Assembly: GCA_030390025.1 (NCBI GenBank) | Contig: CM059431.1 | Coordinates: 145,454,001 to 145,518,000 of the forward strand | Origin: Squalus acanthias | Lineage: Eukaryota | Reading direction: 5' to 3' | Length of the DNA: 64,000 nt | Part shown: in pieces, positions 15,001 to 30,000 of the stretch | Position numbering within the stretch: position 1 is the first letter of the stretch | Layout of the letters: every line of letters starts with the position of its first letter | The notes under the pieces: generated by a model | The model's input: only the letters and a program-made list of their open reading frames with translations | Database searches by the model: none | What the model was told of the DNA's origin: nothing | Program-made: the position numbers and the translations under genes

Positions 15001-18000
15001 AGAGTGTGAAGGGCTGTGTCATGATGCTGGATGTATTGGAGAGTGTGAAGGGCTGTGTCATGATGCTGGATGTATTGGAGAGTGTGAAGGGCTGTGTCAT
15101 GATGCTGGATGTATTGGAGAGTGTGAAGGGCTGTGTCATGATGCTGGATGTATTGGAGAGTGTGAAGGGCTGTGTCATGATGCTGGATGTATTGGAGAGT
15201 GTGAAGGGCTGTGTCATGATGCTGGATGTATTGGAGAGTGTGAAGGGCTGTGTCATGATGCTGGATGTATTGGAGAGTGTGAAGGGCTGTGTCATGATGC
15301 TGGATGTATTGGAGAGTGTGAAGGGCTGTGTCATGATGCTGGATGTATTGGAGAGTGTGAAGGGCTGTGTCATGATGCTGGATGTATTGGAGAGTGTGAA
15401 GGGCTGTGTCATGATGCTGGATGTATTGGAGAGTGTGAAGGGCTGTGTCATGATGCTGGATGTATTGGAGAGTGTGAAGGGCTGTGTCATGATGCTGGAT
15501 GTATTGGAGAGTGTGAAGGGCTGTGTCATGATGCTGGATGTATTGGAGAGTGTGAAGGGCTGTGTCATGATGCTGGATGTATTGGAGAGTGTGAAGGGCT
15601 GTGTCATGATGCTGGATGTATTGGAGAGTGTGAAGGGCTGTGTCATGATGCTGGATGTATTGGAGAGTGTGAAGGGCTGTGTCATGATGCTGGATGTATT
15701 GGAGAGTGTGAAGGGCTGTGTCATGATGCTGGATGTATTGGAGAGTGTGAAGGGCTGTGTCATGATGCTGGATGTATTGGAGAGTGTGAAGGGCTGTGTC
15801 ATGATGCTGGATGTATTGGAGAGTGTGAAGGGCTGTGTCATGATGCTGGATGTATTGGAGAGTGTGAAGGGCTGTGTCATGATGCTGGATGTATTGGAGA
15901 GTGTGAAGGGCTGTGTCATGATGCTGGATGTATTGGAGAGTGTGAAGGGCTGTGTCATGATGCTGGATGTATTGGAGAGTGTGAAGGGCTGTGTCATGAT
16001 GCTGGATGTATTGGAGAGTGTGAAGGGCTGTGTCATGATGCTGGATGTATTGGAGAGTGTGAAGGGCTGTGTCATGATGCTGGATGTATTGGAGAGTGTG
16101 AAGGGCTGTGTCATGATGCTGGATGTATTGGAGAGTGTGAAGGGCTGTGTCATGATGCTGGATGTATTGGAGAGTGTGAAGGGCTGTGTCATGATGCTGG
16201 ATGTATTGGAGAGTGTGAAGGGCTGTGTCATGATGCTGGATGTATTGGAGAGTGTGAAGGGCTGTGTCATGATGCTGGATGTATTGGAGAGTGTGAAGGG
16301 CTGTGTCATGATGCTGGATGTATTGGAGAGTGTGAAGGGCTGTGTCATGATGCTGGATGTATTGGAGAGTGTGAAGGGCTGTGTCATGATGCTGGATGTA
16401 TTGGAGAGTGTGAAGGGCTGTGTCATGATGCTGGATGTATTGGAGAGTGTGAAGGGCTGTGTCATGATGCTGGATGTATTGGAGAGTGTGAAGGGCTGTG
16501 TCATGATGCTGGATGTATTGGAGAGTGTGAAGGGCTGTGTCATGATGCTGGATGTATTGGAGAGTGTGAAGGGCTGTGTCATGATGCTGGATGTATTGGA
16601 GAGTGTGAAGGGCTGTGTCATGATGCTGGATGTATTGGAGAGTGTGAAGGGCTGTGTCATGATGCTGGATGTATTGGAGAGTGTGAAGGGCTGTGTCATG
16701 ATGCTGGATGTATTGGAGAGTGTGAAGGGCTGTGTCATGATGCTGGATGTATTGGAGAGTGTGAAGGGCTGTGTCATGATGCTGGATGTATTGGAGAGTG
16801 TGAAGGGCTGTGTCATGATGCTGGATGTATTGGAGAGTGTGAAGGGCTGTGTCATGATGCTGGATGTATTGGAGAGTGTGAAGGGCTGTGTCATGATGCT
16901 GGATGTATTGGAGAGTGTGAAGGGCTGTGTCATGATGCTGGATGTATTGGAGAGTGTGAAGGGCTGTGTCATGATGCTGGATGTATTGGAGAGTGTGAAG
17001 GGCTGTGTCATGATGCTGGATGTATTGGAGAGTGTGAAGGGCTGTGTCATGATGCTGGATGTATTGGAGAGTGTGAAGGGCTGTGTCATGATGCTGGATG
17101 TATTGGAGAGTGTGAAGGGCTGTGTCATGATGCTGGATGTATTGGAGAGTGTGAAGGGCTGTGTCATGATGCTGGATGTATTGGAGAGTGTGAAGGGCTG
17201 TGTCATGATGCTGGATGTATTGGAGAGTGTGAAGGGCTGTGTCATGATGCTGGATGTATTGGAGAGTGTGAAGGGCTGTGTCATGATGCTGGATGTATTG
17301 GAGAGTGTGAAGGGCTGTGTCATGATGCTGGATGTATTGGAGAGTGTGAAGGGCTGTGTCATGATGCTGGATGTATTGGAGAGTGTGAAGGGCTGTGTCA
17401 TGATGCTGGATGTATTGGAGAGTGTGAAGGGCTGTGTCATGATGCTGGATGTATTGGAGAGTGTGAAGGGCTGTGTCATGATGCTGGATGTATTGGAGAG
17501 TGTGAAGGGCTGTGTCATGATGCTGGATGTATTGGAGAGTGTGAAGGGCTGTGTCATGATGCTGGATGTATTGGAGAGTGTGAAGGGCTGTGTCATGATG
17601 CTGGATGTATTGGAGAGTGTGAAGGGCTGTGTCATGATGCTGGATGTATTGGAGAGTGTGAAGGGCTGTGTCATGATGCTGGATGTATTGGAGAGTGTGA
17701 AGGGCTGTGTCATGATGCTGGATGTATTGGAGAGTGTGAAGGGCTGTGTCATGATGCTGGATGTATTGGAGAGTGTGAAGGGCTGTGTCATGATGCTGGA
17801 TGTATTGGAGAGTGTGAAGGGCTGTGTCATGATGCTGGATGTATTGGAGAGTGTGAAAGGCTGGGTCATGATGCAGGATGTATTGGAGAGTGTGAAGGGC
17901 TGTGTCATGATGCTGGATTATTGGGAGAGTGAAGGGCTGTGTCATGATGCTGGATGTATTGGAGAATGTGAAGGGCTGTGTCATGATGTGGATGCATTGG

Positions 18001-21000
18001 AGAGTGCTGAAAGGCTGTGTCATGATGCTGGATGTATTGGAGAGTGTGAAGGGCTGTGTCATGATGCTGATGTATTGGAGAGTGTGAAGGGCTGTGTCAT
18101 GATGCTGGATGTATTGGTGAGTGTGAAGGGCTGTGTCATGATGTGGGATGTTTTGGAGAGTGTGAAGGTGTGTCATGATGCTGGATTTCTGGAGAGTGTG
18201 AAGGGCAGTGTCATGATGCTGGATGTATTGGAGAGTGTGACGGGCTGTGTCATGATGCTGATGTATTGGAGAGTTTGTGAAGGCTCTGTCATGATGCTGG
18301 ATGTATTGGAGAGTGTGAAGGGCTGTGTCATGATGCTGGATGTATTGGAGAGTGTGAAGGGCTGTGTCATGATGCTGGATGTATTGGAGAGTGTGAAGGG
18401 CTGTGTCATGATGCTGGATGTATTGGAGAGTGTGAAGGCTGTGTCATGATGCTGGATGTATTGGAGAGTGTGAAGGGCTGTGTCATGATGCTGGATGTAT
18501 TGGAGAGTGTGAAGGGCTGTGTCATGATGCTGGATGTATTGGAGAGTGTGAGGGCTGTGTCATGATGCTGGATGTATTGGAGTGTTAAGGGCTGTGTCAT
18601 GATGCTGGATGTATTGGAGAGTGTGAAGGGCTGTGTCATGATGCTGGATGTATTGGAGAGTGTGAAGGGCTGTGTCATGATGCTGGATGTATTGAGAGTG
18701 TGAAGGGCTGTGTCATGATGCTGGATGTATTGGAGAGTGTGAAGGGCTGTGTCATGATGCTGGATGTATTGGAGAGTGTGAAGGGCTGTGTCATGATGCT
18801 GGATGTTTTGGAGAGTGTGAAGGGCTGTGTCATGATGCTGGATGTATTGGAGAGTGTGAAGGGCTGTGTCATGATGCTGGATGTATTGGAGAGTGTGAAG
18901 GGCTGTGTCATGATGCTGGATGTATTGGAGAGTGTGAAGGGCTGTGTCATGATGCTGGATGTATTGGAGAGTGTGAAGGGCTGTGTCATGATGCTGGATG
19001 TATTGGAGAGTGTGAAGGGCTGTGTCATGATGCTGGATGTATTGGAGAGTGTGAAGGGCTGTGTCATGATGCTGGATGTATTGGAGAGTGTGAAGGGCTG
19101 TGTCATGATGTGGATGTATTGGAGAGTGTGAAGGGCTGTGTCATGATGCTGGATGTATTGGAGAGTGTGAAGGGCTGTGTCATGATGCTGGATGTATTGG
19201 AGAGTGTGAAGGGCTGTGTCATGATGCTGGATGTATTGGAGAGTGTGAAGGGCTGTGTCATGATGCTGGATGTATTGGAGAGTGTGAAGGGCTGTGTCAT
19301 GATGCTGGATGTATTGGAGAGTGTGAAGGGCTGTGTCATGATGCTGGATGTATTGGAGAGTGTGAAGGGCTGTGTCATGATGCTGGATGTATTGGAGAGT
19401 GTGAAGGGCTGTGTCATGATGCTGGATGTATTGGAGAGTGTGAAGGGCTGTGTCATGATGCTGGATGTATTGGAGAGTGTGAAGGGCTGTGTCATGATGC
19501 TGGATGTATTGGAGAGTGTGAAGGGCTGTGTCATGATGCTGGATGTATTGGAGAGTGTGAAGGGCTGTGTCATGATGCTGGATGTATTGGAGAGTGTGAA
19601 GGGCTGTGTCATGATGCTGGATGTATTGGAGAGTGTGAAGGGCTGTGTCATGATGCTGGATGTATTGGAGAGTGTGAAGGGCTGTGTCATGATGCTGGAT
19701 GTATTGGAGAGTGTGAAGGGCTGTGTCATGATGCTGGATGTATTGGAGAGTGTGAAGGGCTGTGTCATGATGCTGATGTATTGGAGAGTGTGAAGGGCTG
19801 TGTCATGATGCTGGATGTATTGGAGAGTGTGAAGGGCTGTGTCATGATGCTGGATGTATTGGAGAGTGTGAAGGGCTGTGTCATGATGCTGGATGTATTG
19901 GAGAGTGTGAAGGGCTGTGTCATGATGCTGGATGTATTGGAGAGTGTGAAGGGCTGTGTCATGATGCTGGATGTATTGGAGAGTGTGAAGGGCTGTGTCA
20001 TGATGCTGGATGTATTGGAGAGTGTGAAGGGCTGTGTCATGATGCTGGATGTATTGGAGAGTGTGAAGGGCTGTGTCATGATGCTGGATGTATTGGAGAG
20101 TGTGAAGGGCTGTGTCATGATGCTGGATGTATTGGAGAGTGTGAAGGGCTGTGTCATGATGCTGGATGTATTGGAGAGTGTGAAGGGCTGTGTCATGATG
20201 CTGGATGTATTGGAGAGTGTGAAGGGCTGTGTCATGATGCTGGATGTATTGGAGAGTGTGAAGGGCTGTGTCATGATGCTGGATGTATTGGAGAGTGTGA
20301 AGGGCTGTGTCATGATGCTGGATGTATTGGAGAGTGTGAAGGCTGTGTCATGATGCTGGATGTATTGGAGAGTGTGAAGGGCTGTGTCATGATTCTGGAT
20401 GTATTGGAGAGTGTGAAGGCTGTGTCATGATGATGGATGTATTGGAGAGTGTGAAGGCTGTGTCATGATGCTGGATGTATTGGAGAGTGTGAAGGGCTGT
20501 GTCATGATGCTGATGTATTGGAGAGTGTGAAGGGCTGTGTCATGATGCTGGATGTATTGGAGAGTGTGAAGGGCTGTGTCATGATGCTGGATGTATTGAG
20601 AGTGTGAAGGGCTGTGTCATGATGCTGGATGTATTGGAGAGTGTGAAGGGCTGTGTCATGATGCTGGATGTATTGGAGAGTGTGAAGGGCTGTGTCATGA
20701 TGCTGGATGTATTGGAGAGTGTGAAGGGCTGTGTCATGATGCTGGATGTATTGGAGAGTGTGAAGGACTGTGTCATGATGCTGGATGTATTGGAGAGTGT
20801 GAAGGGCTGTGTCATGATGCTGAGGTATTGGAGAGTGTGAAGGGCTGTGTCATGATGCTGAGGTATTGGAGAGTGTGAAGGTCTGTGTCATGATGCTGGA
20901 TGTATTGGAGAGTGTGAAGGGCTGTGTCATGATGCTGGATGTATGGAGAGTGTGAAGGGCTGTGTCATGATGCTGGATGTATTGGAGAGTGTGAAGGGCT

Positions 21001-24000
21001 GTGTCATGATGCTGGATGTATTGGAGAGTGGAAGGGCTGTGTCATGATGCTGGATGTATTGGAGAGTGTGAAGGGCTGTGTCATGATGCTGGATGTGATG
21101 GAGAGTGTGAAGGGCTGTGTCATGATGCTGGATGTATTGGAGAGTGTGAAGGGCTGTGTCATGATGCTGGATGTGATGGAGAGTGTGAAGGGCTGTGTCA
21201 TGATGCTGGATGTATTGGAGAGTGTGAAGGGCTGTGTCATGATGCTGGATGTATTGGAGAGTGTGAAGGGCTGTGTCATGATGCTGTGCTGTGTCATGAT
21301 GCTGGATGTATTGGAGCGTGTGAAGGGCTGTGTCATGATGCTGGATGTATTGGAGAGTGTGAAGGGCTGTGTCATGATGCTGATGTATTGGAGAGTGTGA
21401 AGGGCTGTGTCATGATGCTGGATGTATTGGAGAGTGTGAAGGGCTGTGTCATGATGCTGGATGTATTGGAGAGTGTGAAGGGTTGTGTCATGATGCTGGA
21501 TGTATTGGAGAGTGTGAAGGGCTGTGTCATGATGCTGGATGTATTGGAGAGTGTGAAGGGCTGTGTCATGATGCTGGATGTATTGGAGAGTGTGAAGGGC
21601 TGTGTCATGATGCTGGATGTATTGGAGAGTGTGAAGGGCTGTGTCATGATGCTGGATGTATTGGAGAGTGTGAAGGGCTGTGTCATGATGCTGGATGTAT
21701 TGGAGAGTGTGAAGGGCTGTGTCATGATGCTGGATGTATTGGAGAGTGTGAAGGGCTGTGTCATGATGCTGGATGTATTGGAGAGTGTGAAGGGCTGTGT
21801 CATGATGCTGGATGTATTGGAGAGTGTGAAGGGCTGTGTCATGATGCTGGATGTATTGGAGAGTGTGAAGGGCTGTGTCATGATGCTGGATGTATTGGAG
21901 AGTGTGAAGGGCTGTGTCATGATGCTGGATGTATTGGAGAGTGTGAAGGGCTGTGTCATGATGCTGGATGTATTGGAGAGTGTGAAGGGCTGTGTCATGA
22001 TGCTGGATGTATTGGAGAGTGTGAAGGGCTGTGTCATGATGCTGGATGTATTGGAGAGTGTGAAGGGCTGTGTCATGATGCTGGATGTATTGGAGAGTGT
22101 GAAGGGCTGTGTCATGATGCTGGATGTATTGGAGAGTGTGAAGGGCTGTGTCATGATGCTGGATGTATTGGAGAGTGTGAAGGGCTGTGTCATGATGCTG
22201 GATGTATTGGAGAGTGTGAAGGGCTGTGTCATGATGCTGGATGTATTGGAGAGTGTGAAGGGCTGTGTCATGATGCTGGATGTATTGGAGAGTGTGAAGG
22301 GCTGTGTCATGATGCTGGATGTATTGGAGAGTGTGAAGGGCTGTGTCATGATGCTGGATGTATTGGAGAGTGTGAAGGGCTGTGTCATGATGCTGGATGT
22401 ATTGGAGAGTGTGAAGGGCTGTGTCATGATGCTGGATGTATTGGAGAGTGTGAAGGGCTGTGTCATGATGCTGGATGTATTGGAGAGTGTGAAGGGCTGT
22501 GTCATGATGCTGGATGTATTGGAGAGTGTGAAGGGCTGTGTCATGATGCTGGATGTATTGGAGAGTGTGAAGGGCTGTGTCATGATGCTGGATGTATTGG
22601 AGAGTGTGAAGGGCTGTGTCATGATGCTGGATGTATTGGAGAGTGTGAAGGGCTGTGTCATGATGCTGGATGTATTGGAGAGTGTGAAGGGCTGTGTCAT
22701 GATGCTGGATGTATTGGAGAGTGTGAAGGGCTGTGTCATGATGCTGGATGTATTGGAGAGTGTGAAGGGCTGTGTCATGATGCTGGATGTATTGGAGAGT
22801 GTGAAGGGCTGTGTCATGATGCTGGATGTATTGGAGAGTGTGAAGGGCTGTGTCATGATGCTGGATGTATTGGAGAGTGTGAAGGGCTGTGTCATGATGC
22901 TGGATGTTTTGGAGAGTGTGAAGGGCTGTGTCATGATGCTGGATGTATTGGAGAGTGTGAAGGGCTGTGTCATGATGCTGGATGTATTGGAGAGTGTGAA
23001 GGGCTGTGTCATGATGCTGGATGTATTGGAGAGTGTGAAGGGCTGTGTCATGATGCTGGATGTATTGGAGAGTGTGAAGGGCTGTGTCATGATGCTGGAT
23101 GTATTGGAGAGTGTGAAGGGCTGTGTCATGATGCTGGATGTATTGGAGAGTGTGAAGGGCTGTGTCATGATGCTGGATGTATTGGAGAGTGTGAAGGGCT
23201 GTGTCATGATGCTGGATGTATTGGAGAGTGTGAAGGGCTGTGTCATGATGCTGGATGTATTGGAGAGTGTGAAGGGCTGTGTCATGATGCTGGATGTATT
23301 GGAGAGTGTGAAGGGCTGTGTCATGATGCTGGATGTATTGGAGAGTGTGAAGGGCTGTGTCATGATGCTGGATGTATTGGAGAGTGTGAAGGGCTGTGTC
23401 ATGATGCTGGATGTATTGGAGAGTGTGAAGGGCTGTGTCATGATGCTGGATGTATTGGAGAGTGTGAAGGGCTGTGTCATGATGCTGGATGTATTGGAGA
23501 GTGTGAAGGGCTGTGTCATGATGCTGGATGTATTGGAGAGTGTGAAGGGCTGTGTCATGATGCTGGATGTATTGGAGAGTGTGAAGGGCTGTGTCATGAT
23601 GCTGGATGTATTGGAGAGTGTGAAGGGCTGTGTCATGATGCTGGATGTATTGGAGAGTGTGAAGGGCTGTGTCATGATGCTGGATGTATTGGAGAGTGTG
23701 AAGGGCTGTGTCATGATGCTGGATGTATTGGAGAGTGTGAAGGGCTGTGTCATGATGCTGGATGTATTGGAGAGTGTGAAGGGCTGTGTCATGATGCTGG
23801 ATGTATTGGAGAGTGTGAAGGGCTGTGTCATGATGCTGGATGTATTGGAGAGTGTGAAGGGCTGTGTCATGATGCTGGATGTATTGGAGAGTGTGAAGGG
23901 CTGTGTCATGATGCTGGATGTATTGGAGAGTGTGAAGGGCTGTGTCATGATGCTGGATGTATTGGAGAGTGTGAAGGGCTGTGTCATGATGCTGGATGTA

Positions 24001-27000
24001 TTGGAGAGTGTGAAGGGCTGTGTCATGATGCTGGATGTATTGGAGAGTGTGAAGGGCTGTGTCATGATGCTGGATGTATTGGAGAGTGTGAAGGGCTGTG
24101 TCATGATGCTGGATGTATTGGAGAGTGTGAAGGGCTGTGTCATGATGCTGGATGTATTGGAGAGTGTGAAGGGCTGTGTCATGATGCTGGATGTATTGGA
24201 GAGTGTGAAGGGCTGTGTCATGATGCTGGATGTATTGGAGAGTGTGAAGGGCTGTGTCATGATGCTGGATGTATTGGAGAGTGTGAAGGGCTGTGTCATG
24301 ATGCTGGATGTATTGGAGAGTGTGAAGGGCTGTGTCATGATGCTGGATGTATTGGAGAGTGTGAAGGGCTGTGTCATGATGCTGGATGTATTGGAGAGTG
24401 TGAAGGGCTGTGTCATGATGCTGGATGTATTGGAGAGTGTGAAGGGCTGTGTCATGATGCTGGATGTATTGGAGAGTGTGAAGGGCTGTGTCATGATGCT
24501 GGATGTATTGGAGAGTGTGAAGGGCTGTGTCATGATGCTGGATGTATTGGAGAGTGTGAAGGGCTGTGTCATGATGCTGGATGTATTGGAGAGTGTGAAG
24601 GGCTGTGTCATGATGCTGGATGTATTGGAGAGTGTGAAGGGCTGTGTCATGATGCTGGATGTATTGGAGAGTGTGAAGGCTGTGTCATGATGCTGGATGT
24701 ATTGGAGAGTGTGAAGGGCTGTGTCATGATGCTGGATGTATTGGAGAGTGTGAAGGCTGTGTCATGATGCTGGATGTATTGGAGAGTGTGAAGGGCTGTG
24801 TCATGATGCTGGATGTATTGGAGAGTGTGAAGGGCTGTGTCATGATGCTGGATGTATTGGAGAGTGTGAAGGGCTGTGTCATGATGCTGGATGTATTGGA
24901 GAGTGTGAAGGGCTGTGTCATGATGCTGGATGTATTGGAGAGTGTGAAGGGCTGTGTCATGATGCTGGATGTATTGGAGAGTGTGAAGGGCTGTGTCATG
25001 ATGCTGGATGTATTGGAGAGTGTGAAGGGCTGTGTCATGATGCTGGATGTATTGGAGAGTGTGAAGGGCTGTGTCATGATGCTGGATGTATTGGAGAGTG
25101 TGAAGGGCTGTGTCATGATGCTGGATGTATTGGAGAGTGTGAAGGGCTGTGTCATGATGCTGGATGTATTGGAGAGTGTGAAGGGCTGTGTCATGATGCT
25201 GGATGTATTGGAGAGTGTGAAGGGCTGTGTCATGATGCTGGATGTATTGGAGAGTGTGAAGGGCTGTGTCATGATGCTGGATGTATTGGAGAGTGTGAAG
25301 GGCTGTGTCATGATGCTGGATGTATTGGAGAGTGTGAAGGGCTGTGTCATGATGCTGGATGTATTGGAGAGTGTGAAGGGCTGTGTCATGATGCTGGATG
25401 TATTGGAGAGTGTGAAGGGCTGTGTCATGATGCTGGATGTATTGGAGAGTGTGAAGGGCTGTGTCATGATGCTGGATGTATTGGAGAGTGTGAAGGGCTG
25501 TGTCATGATGCTGGATGTATTGGAGAGTGTGAAGGGCTGTGTCATGATGCTGGATGTATTGGAGAGTGTGAAGGGCTGTGTCATGATGCTGGATGTATTG
25601 GAGAGTGTGAAGGGCTGTGTCATGATGCTGGATGTATTGGAGAGTGTGAAGGGCTGTGTCATGATGCTGGATGTATTGGAGAGTGTGAAGGGCTGTGTCA
25701 TGATGCTGGATGTATTGGAGAGTGTGAAGGGCTGTGTCATGATGCTGGATGTATTGGAGAGTGTGAAGGGCTGTGTCATGATGCTGGATGTATTGGAGAG
25801 TGTGAAGGGCTGTGTCATGATGCTGGATGTATTGGAGAGTGTGAAGGGCTGTGTCATGATGCTGGATGTATTGGAGAGTGTGAAGGGCTGTGTCATGATG
25901 CTGGATGTATTGGAGAGTGTGAAGGGCTGTGTCATGATGCTGGATGTATTGGAGAGTGTGAAGGGCTGTGTCATGATGCTGGATGTATTGGAGAGTGTGA
26001 AGGGCTGTGTCATGATGCTGGATGTATTGGAGAGTGTGAAGGGCTGTGTCATGATGCTGGATGTATTGGAGAGTGTGAAGGGCTGTGTCATGATGCTGGA
26101 TGTATTGGAGAGTGTGAAGGGCTGTGTCATGATGCTGGATGTATTGGAGAGTGTGAAGGGCTGTGTCATGATGCTGGATGTATTGGAGAGTGTGAAGGGC
26201 TGTGTCATGATGCTGGATGTATTGGAGAGTGTGAAGGGCTGTGTCATGATGCTGGATGTATTGGAGAGTGTGAAGGGCTGTGTCATGATGCTGGATGTAT
26301 TGGAGAGTGTGAAGGGCTGTGTCATGATGCTGGATGTATTGGAGAGTGTGAAGGGCTGTGTCATGATGCTGGATGTATTGGAGAGTGTGAAGGGCTGTGT
26401 CATGATGCTGGATGTATTGGAGAGTGTGAAGGGCTGTGTCATGATGCTGGATGTATTGGAGAGTGTGAAGGGCTGTGTCATGATGCTGGATGTATTGGAG
26501 AGTGTGAAGGGCTGTGTCATGATGCTGGATGTATTGGAGAGTGTGAAGGGCTGTGTCATGATGCTGGATGTATTGGAGAGTGTGAAGGGCTGTGTCATGA
26601 TGCTGGATGTATTGGAGAGTGTGAAGGGCTGTGTCATGATGCTGGATGTATTGGAGAGTGTGAAGGGCTGTGTCATGATGCTGGATGTATTGGAGAGTGT
26701 GAAGGGCTGTGTCATGATGCTGGATGTATTGGAGAGTGTGAAGGGCTGTGTCATGATGCTGGATGTATTGGAGAGTGTGAAGGGCTGTGTCATGATGCTG
26801 GATGTATTGGAGAGTGTGAAGGGCTGTGTCATGATGCTGGATGTATTGGAGAGTGTGAAGGGCTGTGTCATGATGCTGGATGTATTGGAGAGTGTGAAGG
26901 GCTGTGTCATGATGCTGGATGTATTGGAGAGTGTGAAGGGCTGTGTCATGATGCTGGATGTATTGGAGAGTGTGAAGGGCTGTGTCATGATGCTGGATGT

Positions 27001-30000
27001 ATTGGAGAGTGTGAAGGGCTGTGTCATGATGCTGGATGTATTGGAGAGTGTGAAGGGCTGTGTCATGATGCTGGATGTATTGGAGAGTGTGAAGGGCTGT
27101 GTCATGATGCTGGATGTATTGGAGAGTGTGAAGGGCTGTGTCATGATGCTGGATGTATTGGAGAGTGTGAAGGGCTGTGTCATGATGCTGGATGTATTGG
27201 AGAGTGTGAAGGGCTGTGTCATGATGCTGGATGTATTGGAGAGTGTGAAGGGCTGTGTCATGATGCTGGATGTATTGGAGAGTGTGAAGGGCTGTGTCAT
27301 GATGCTGGATGTATTGGAGAGTGTGAAGGGCTGTGTCATGATGCTGGATGTATTGGAGAGTGTGAAGGGCTGTGTCATGATGCTGGATGTATTGGAGAGT
27401 GTGAAGGGCTGTGTCATGATGCTGGATGTATTGGAGAGTGTGAAGGGCTGTGTCATGATGCTGGATGTATTGGAGAGTGTGAAGGGCTGTGTCATGATGC
27501 TGGATGTATTGGAGAGTGTGAAGGGCTGTGTCATGATGCTGGATGTATTGGAGAGTGTGAAGGGCTGTGTCATGATGCTGGATGTATTGGAGAGTGTGAA
27601 GGGCTGTGTCATGATGCTGGATGTATTGGAGAGTGTGAAGGGCTGTGTCATGATGCTGGATGTATTGGAGAGTGTGAAGGGCTGTGTCATGATGCTGGAT
27701 GTATTGGAGAGTGTGAAGGGCTGTGTCATGATGCTGGATGTATTGGAGAGTGTGAAGGGCTGTGTCATGATGCTGGATGTTTTGGAGAGTGTGAAGGGCT
27801 GTGTCATGATGCTGGATGTATTGGAGAGTGTGAAGGGCTGTGTCATGATGCTGGATGTATTGGAGAGTGTGAAGGGCTGTGTCATGATGCTGGATGTATT
27901 GGAGAGTGTGAAGGGCTGTGTCATGATGCTGGATGTATTGGAGAGTGTGAAGGGCTGTGTCATGATGCTGGATGTATTGGAGAGTGTGAAGGGCTGTGTC
28001 ATGATGCTGGATGTATTGGAGAGTGTGAAGGGCTGTGTCATGATGCTGGATGTATTGGAGAGTGTGAAGGGCTGTGTCATGATGCTGGATGTATTGGAGA
28101 GTGTGAAGGGCTGTGTCATGATGCTGGATGTATTGGAGAGTGTGAAGGGCTGTGTCATGATGCTGGATGTATTGGAGAGTGTGAAGGGCTGTGTCATGAT
28201 GCTGGATGTATTGGAGAGTGTGAAGGGCTGTGTCATGATGCTGGATGTATTGGAGAGTGTGAAGGGCTGTGTCATGATGCTGGATGTATTGGAGAGTGTG
28301 AAGGGCTGTGTCATGATGCTGGATGTATTGGAGAGTGTGAAGGGCTGTGTCATGATGCTGGATGTATTGGAGAGTGTGAAGGGCTGTGTCATGATGCTGG
28401 ATGTATTGGAGAGTGTGAAGGGCTGTGTCATGATGCTGGATGTATTGGAGAGTGTGAAGGGCTGTGTCATGATGCTGGATGTATTGGAGAGTGTGAAGGG
28501 CTGTGTCATGATGCTGGATGTATTGGAGAGTGTGAAGGGCTGTGTCATGATGCTGGATGTATTGGAGAGTGTGAAGGGCTGTGTCATGATGCTGGATGTA
28601 TTGGAGAGTGTGAAGGGCTGTGTCATGATGCTGGATGTATTGGAGAGTGTGAAGGGCTGTGTCATGATGCTGGATGTATTGGAGAGTGTGAAGGGCTGTG
28701 TCATGATGCTGGATGTATTGGAGAGTGTGAAGGGCTGTGTCATGATGCTGGATGTATTGGAGAGTGTGAAGGGCTGTGTCATGATGCTGGATGTATTGGA
28801 GAGTGTGAAGGGCTGTGTCATGATGCTGGATGTATTGGAGAGTGTGAAGGGCTGTGTCATGATGCTGGATGTATTGGAGAGTGTGAAGGGCTGTGTCATG
28901 ATGCTGGATGTATTGGAGAGTGTGAAGGGCTGTGTCATGATGCTGGATGTATTGGAGAGTGTGAAGGCTGTGTCATGATGCTGGATGTATTGGAGAGTGT
29001 GAAGGGCTGTGTCATGATGCTGGATGTATTGGAGAGTGTGAAGGGCTGTGTCATGATGCTGGATGTATTGGAGAGTGTGAAGGGCTGTGTCATGATGCTG
29101 GATGTATTGGAGAGTGTGAAGGGCTGTGTCATGATGCTGGATGTATTGGAGAGTGTGAAGGGCTGTGTCATGATGCTGGATGTATTGGAGAGTGTGAAGG
29201 GCTGTGTCATGATGCTGGATGTATTGGAGAGTGTGAAGGGCTGTGTCATGATGCTGGATGTATTGGAGAGTGTGAAGGGCTGTGTCATGATGCTGGATGT
29301 ATTGGAGAGTGTGAAGGGCTGTGTCATGATGCTGGATGTATTGGAGAGTGTGAAGGGCTGTGTCATGATGCTGGATGTATTGGAGAGTGTGAAGGGCTGT
29401 GTCATGATGCTGGATGTATTGGAGAGTGTGAAGGGCTGTGTCATGATGCTGGATGTATTGGAGAGTGTGAAGGGCTGTGTCATGATGCTGGATGTATTGG
29501 AGAGTGTGAAGGGCTGTGTCATGATGCTGGATGTATTGGAGAGTGTGAAGGGCTGTGTCATGATGCTGGATGTATTGGAGAGTGTGAAGGGCTGTGTCAT
29601 GATGCTGGATGTATTGGAGAGTGTGAAGGGCTGTGTCATGATGCTGGATGTATTGGAGAGTGTGAAGGGCTGTGTCATGATGCTGGATGTATTGGAGAGT
29701 GTGAAGGGCTGTGTCATGATGCTGGATGTATTGGAGAGTGTGAAGGGCTGTGTCATGATGCTGGATGTATTGGAGAGTGTGAAGGGCTGTGTCATGATGC
29801 TGGATGTATTGGAGAGTGTGAAGGGCTGTGTCATGATGCTGGATGTATTGGAGAGTGTGAAGGGCTGTGTCATGATGCTGGATGTATTGGAGAGTGTGAA
29901 GGGCTGTGTCATGATGCTGGATGTATTGGAGAGTGTGAAGGGCTGTGTCATGATGCTGGATGTATTGGAGAGTGTGAAGGGCTGTGTCATGATGCTGGAT

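Noticed and set aside
5555..17932. (CHDAGCIGECEGL)n resembling furin-like Cys-rich or metallothionein repeats
   Set aside because: The Cys/Gly richness follows from the TG-rich DNA. Identical codons across hundreds of copies and the lack of gene context make a real domain unlikely.
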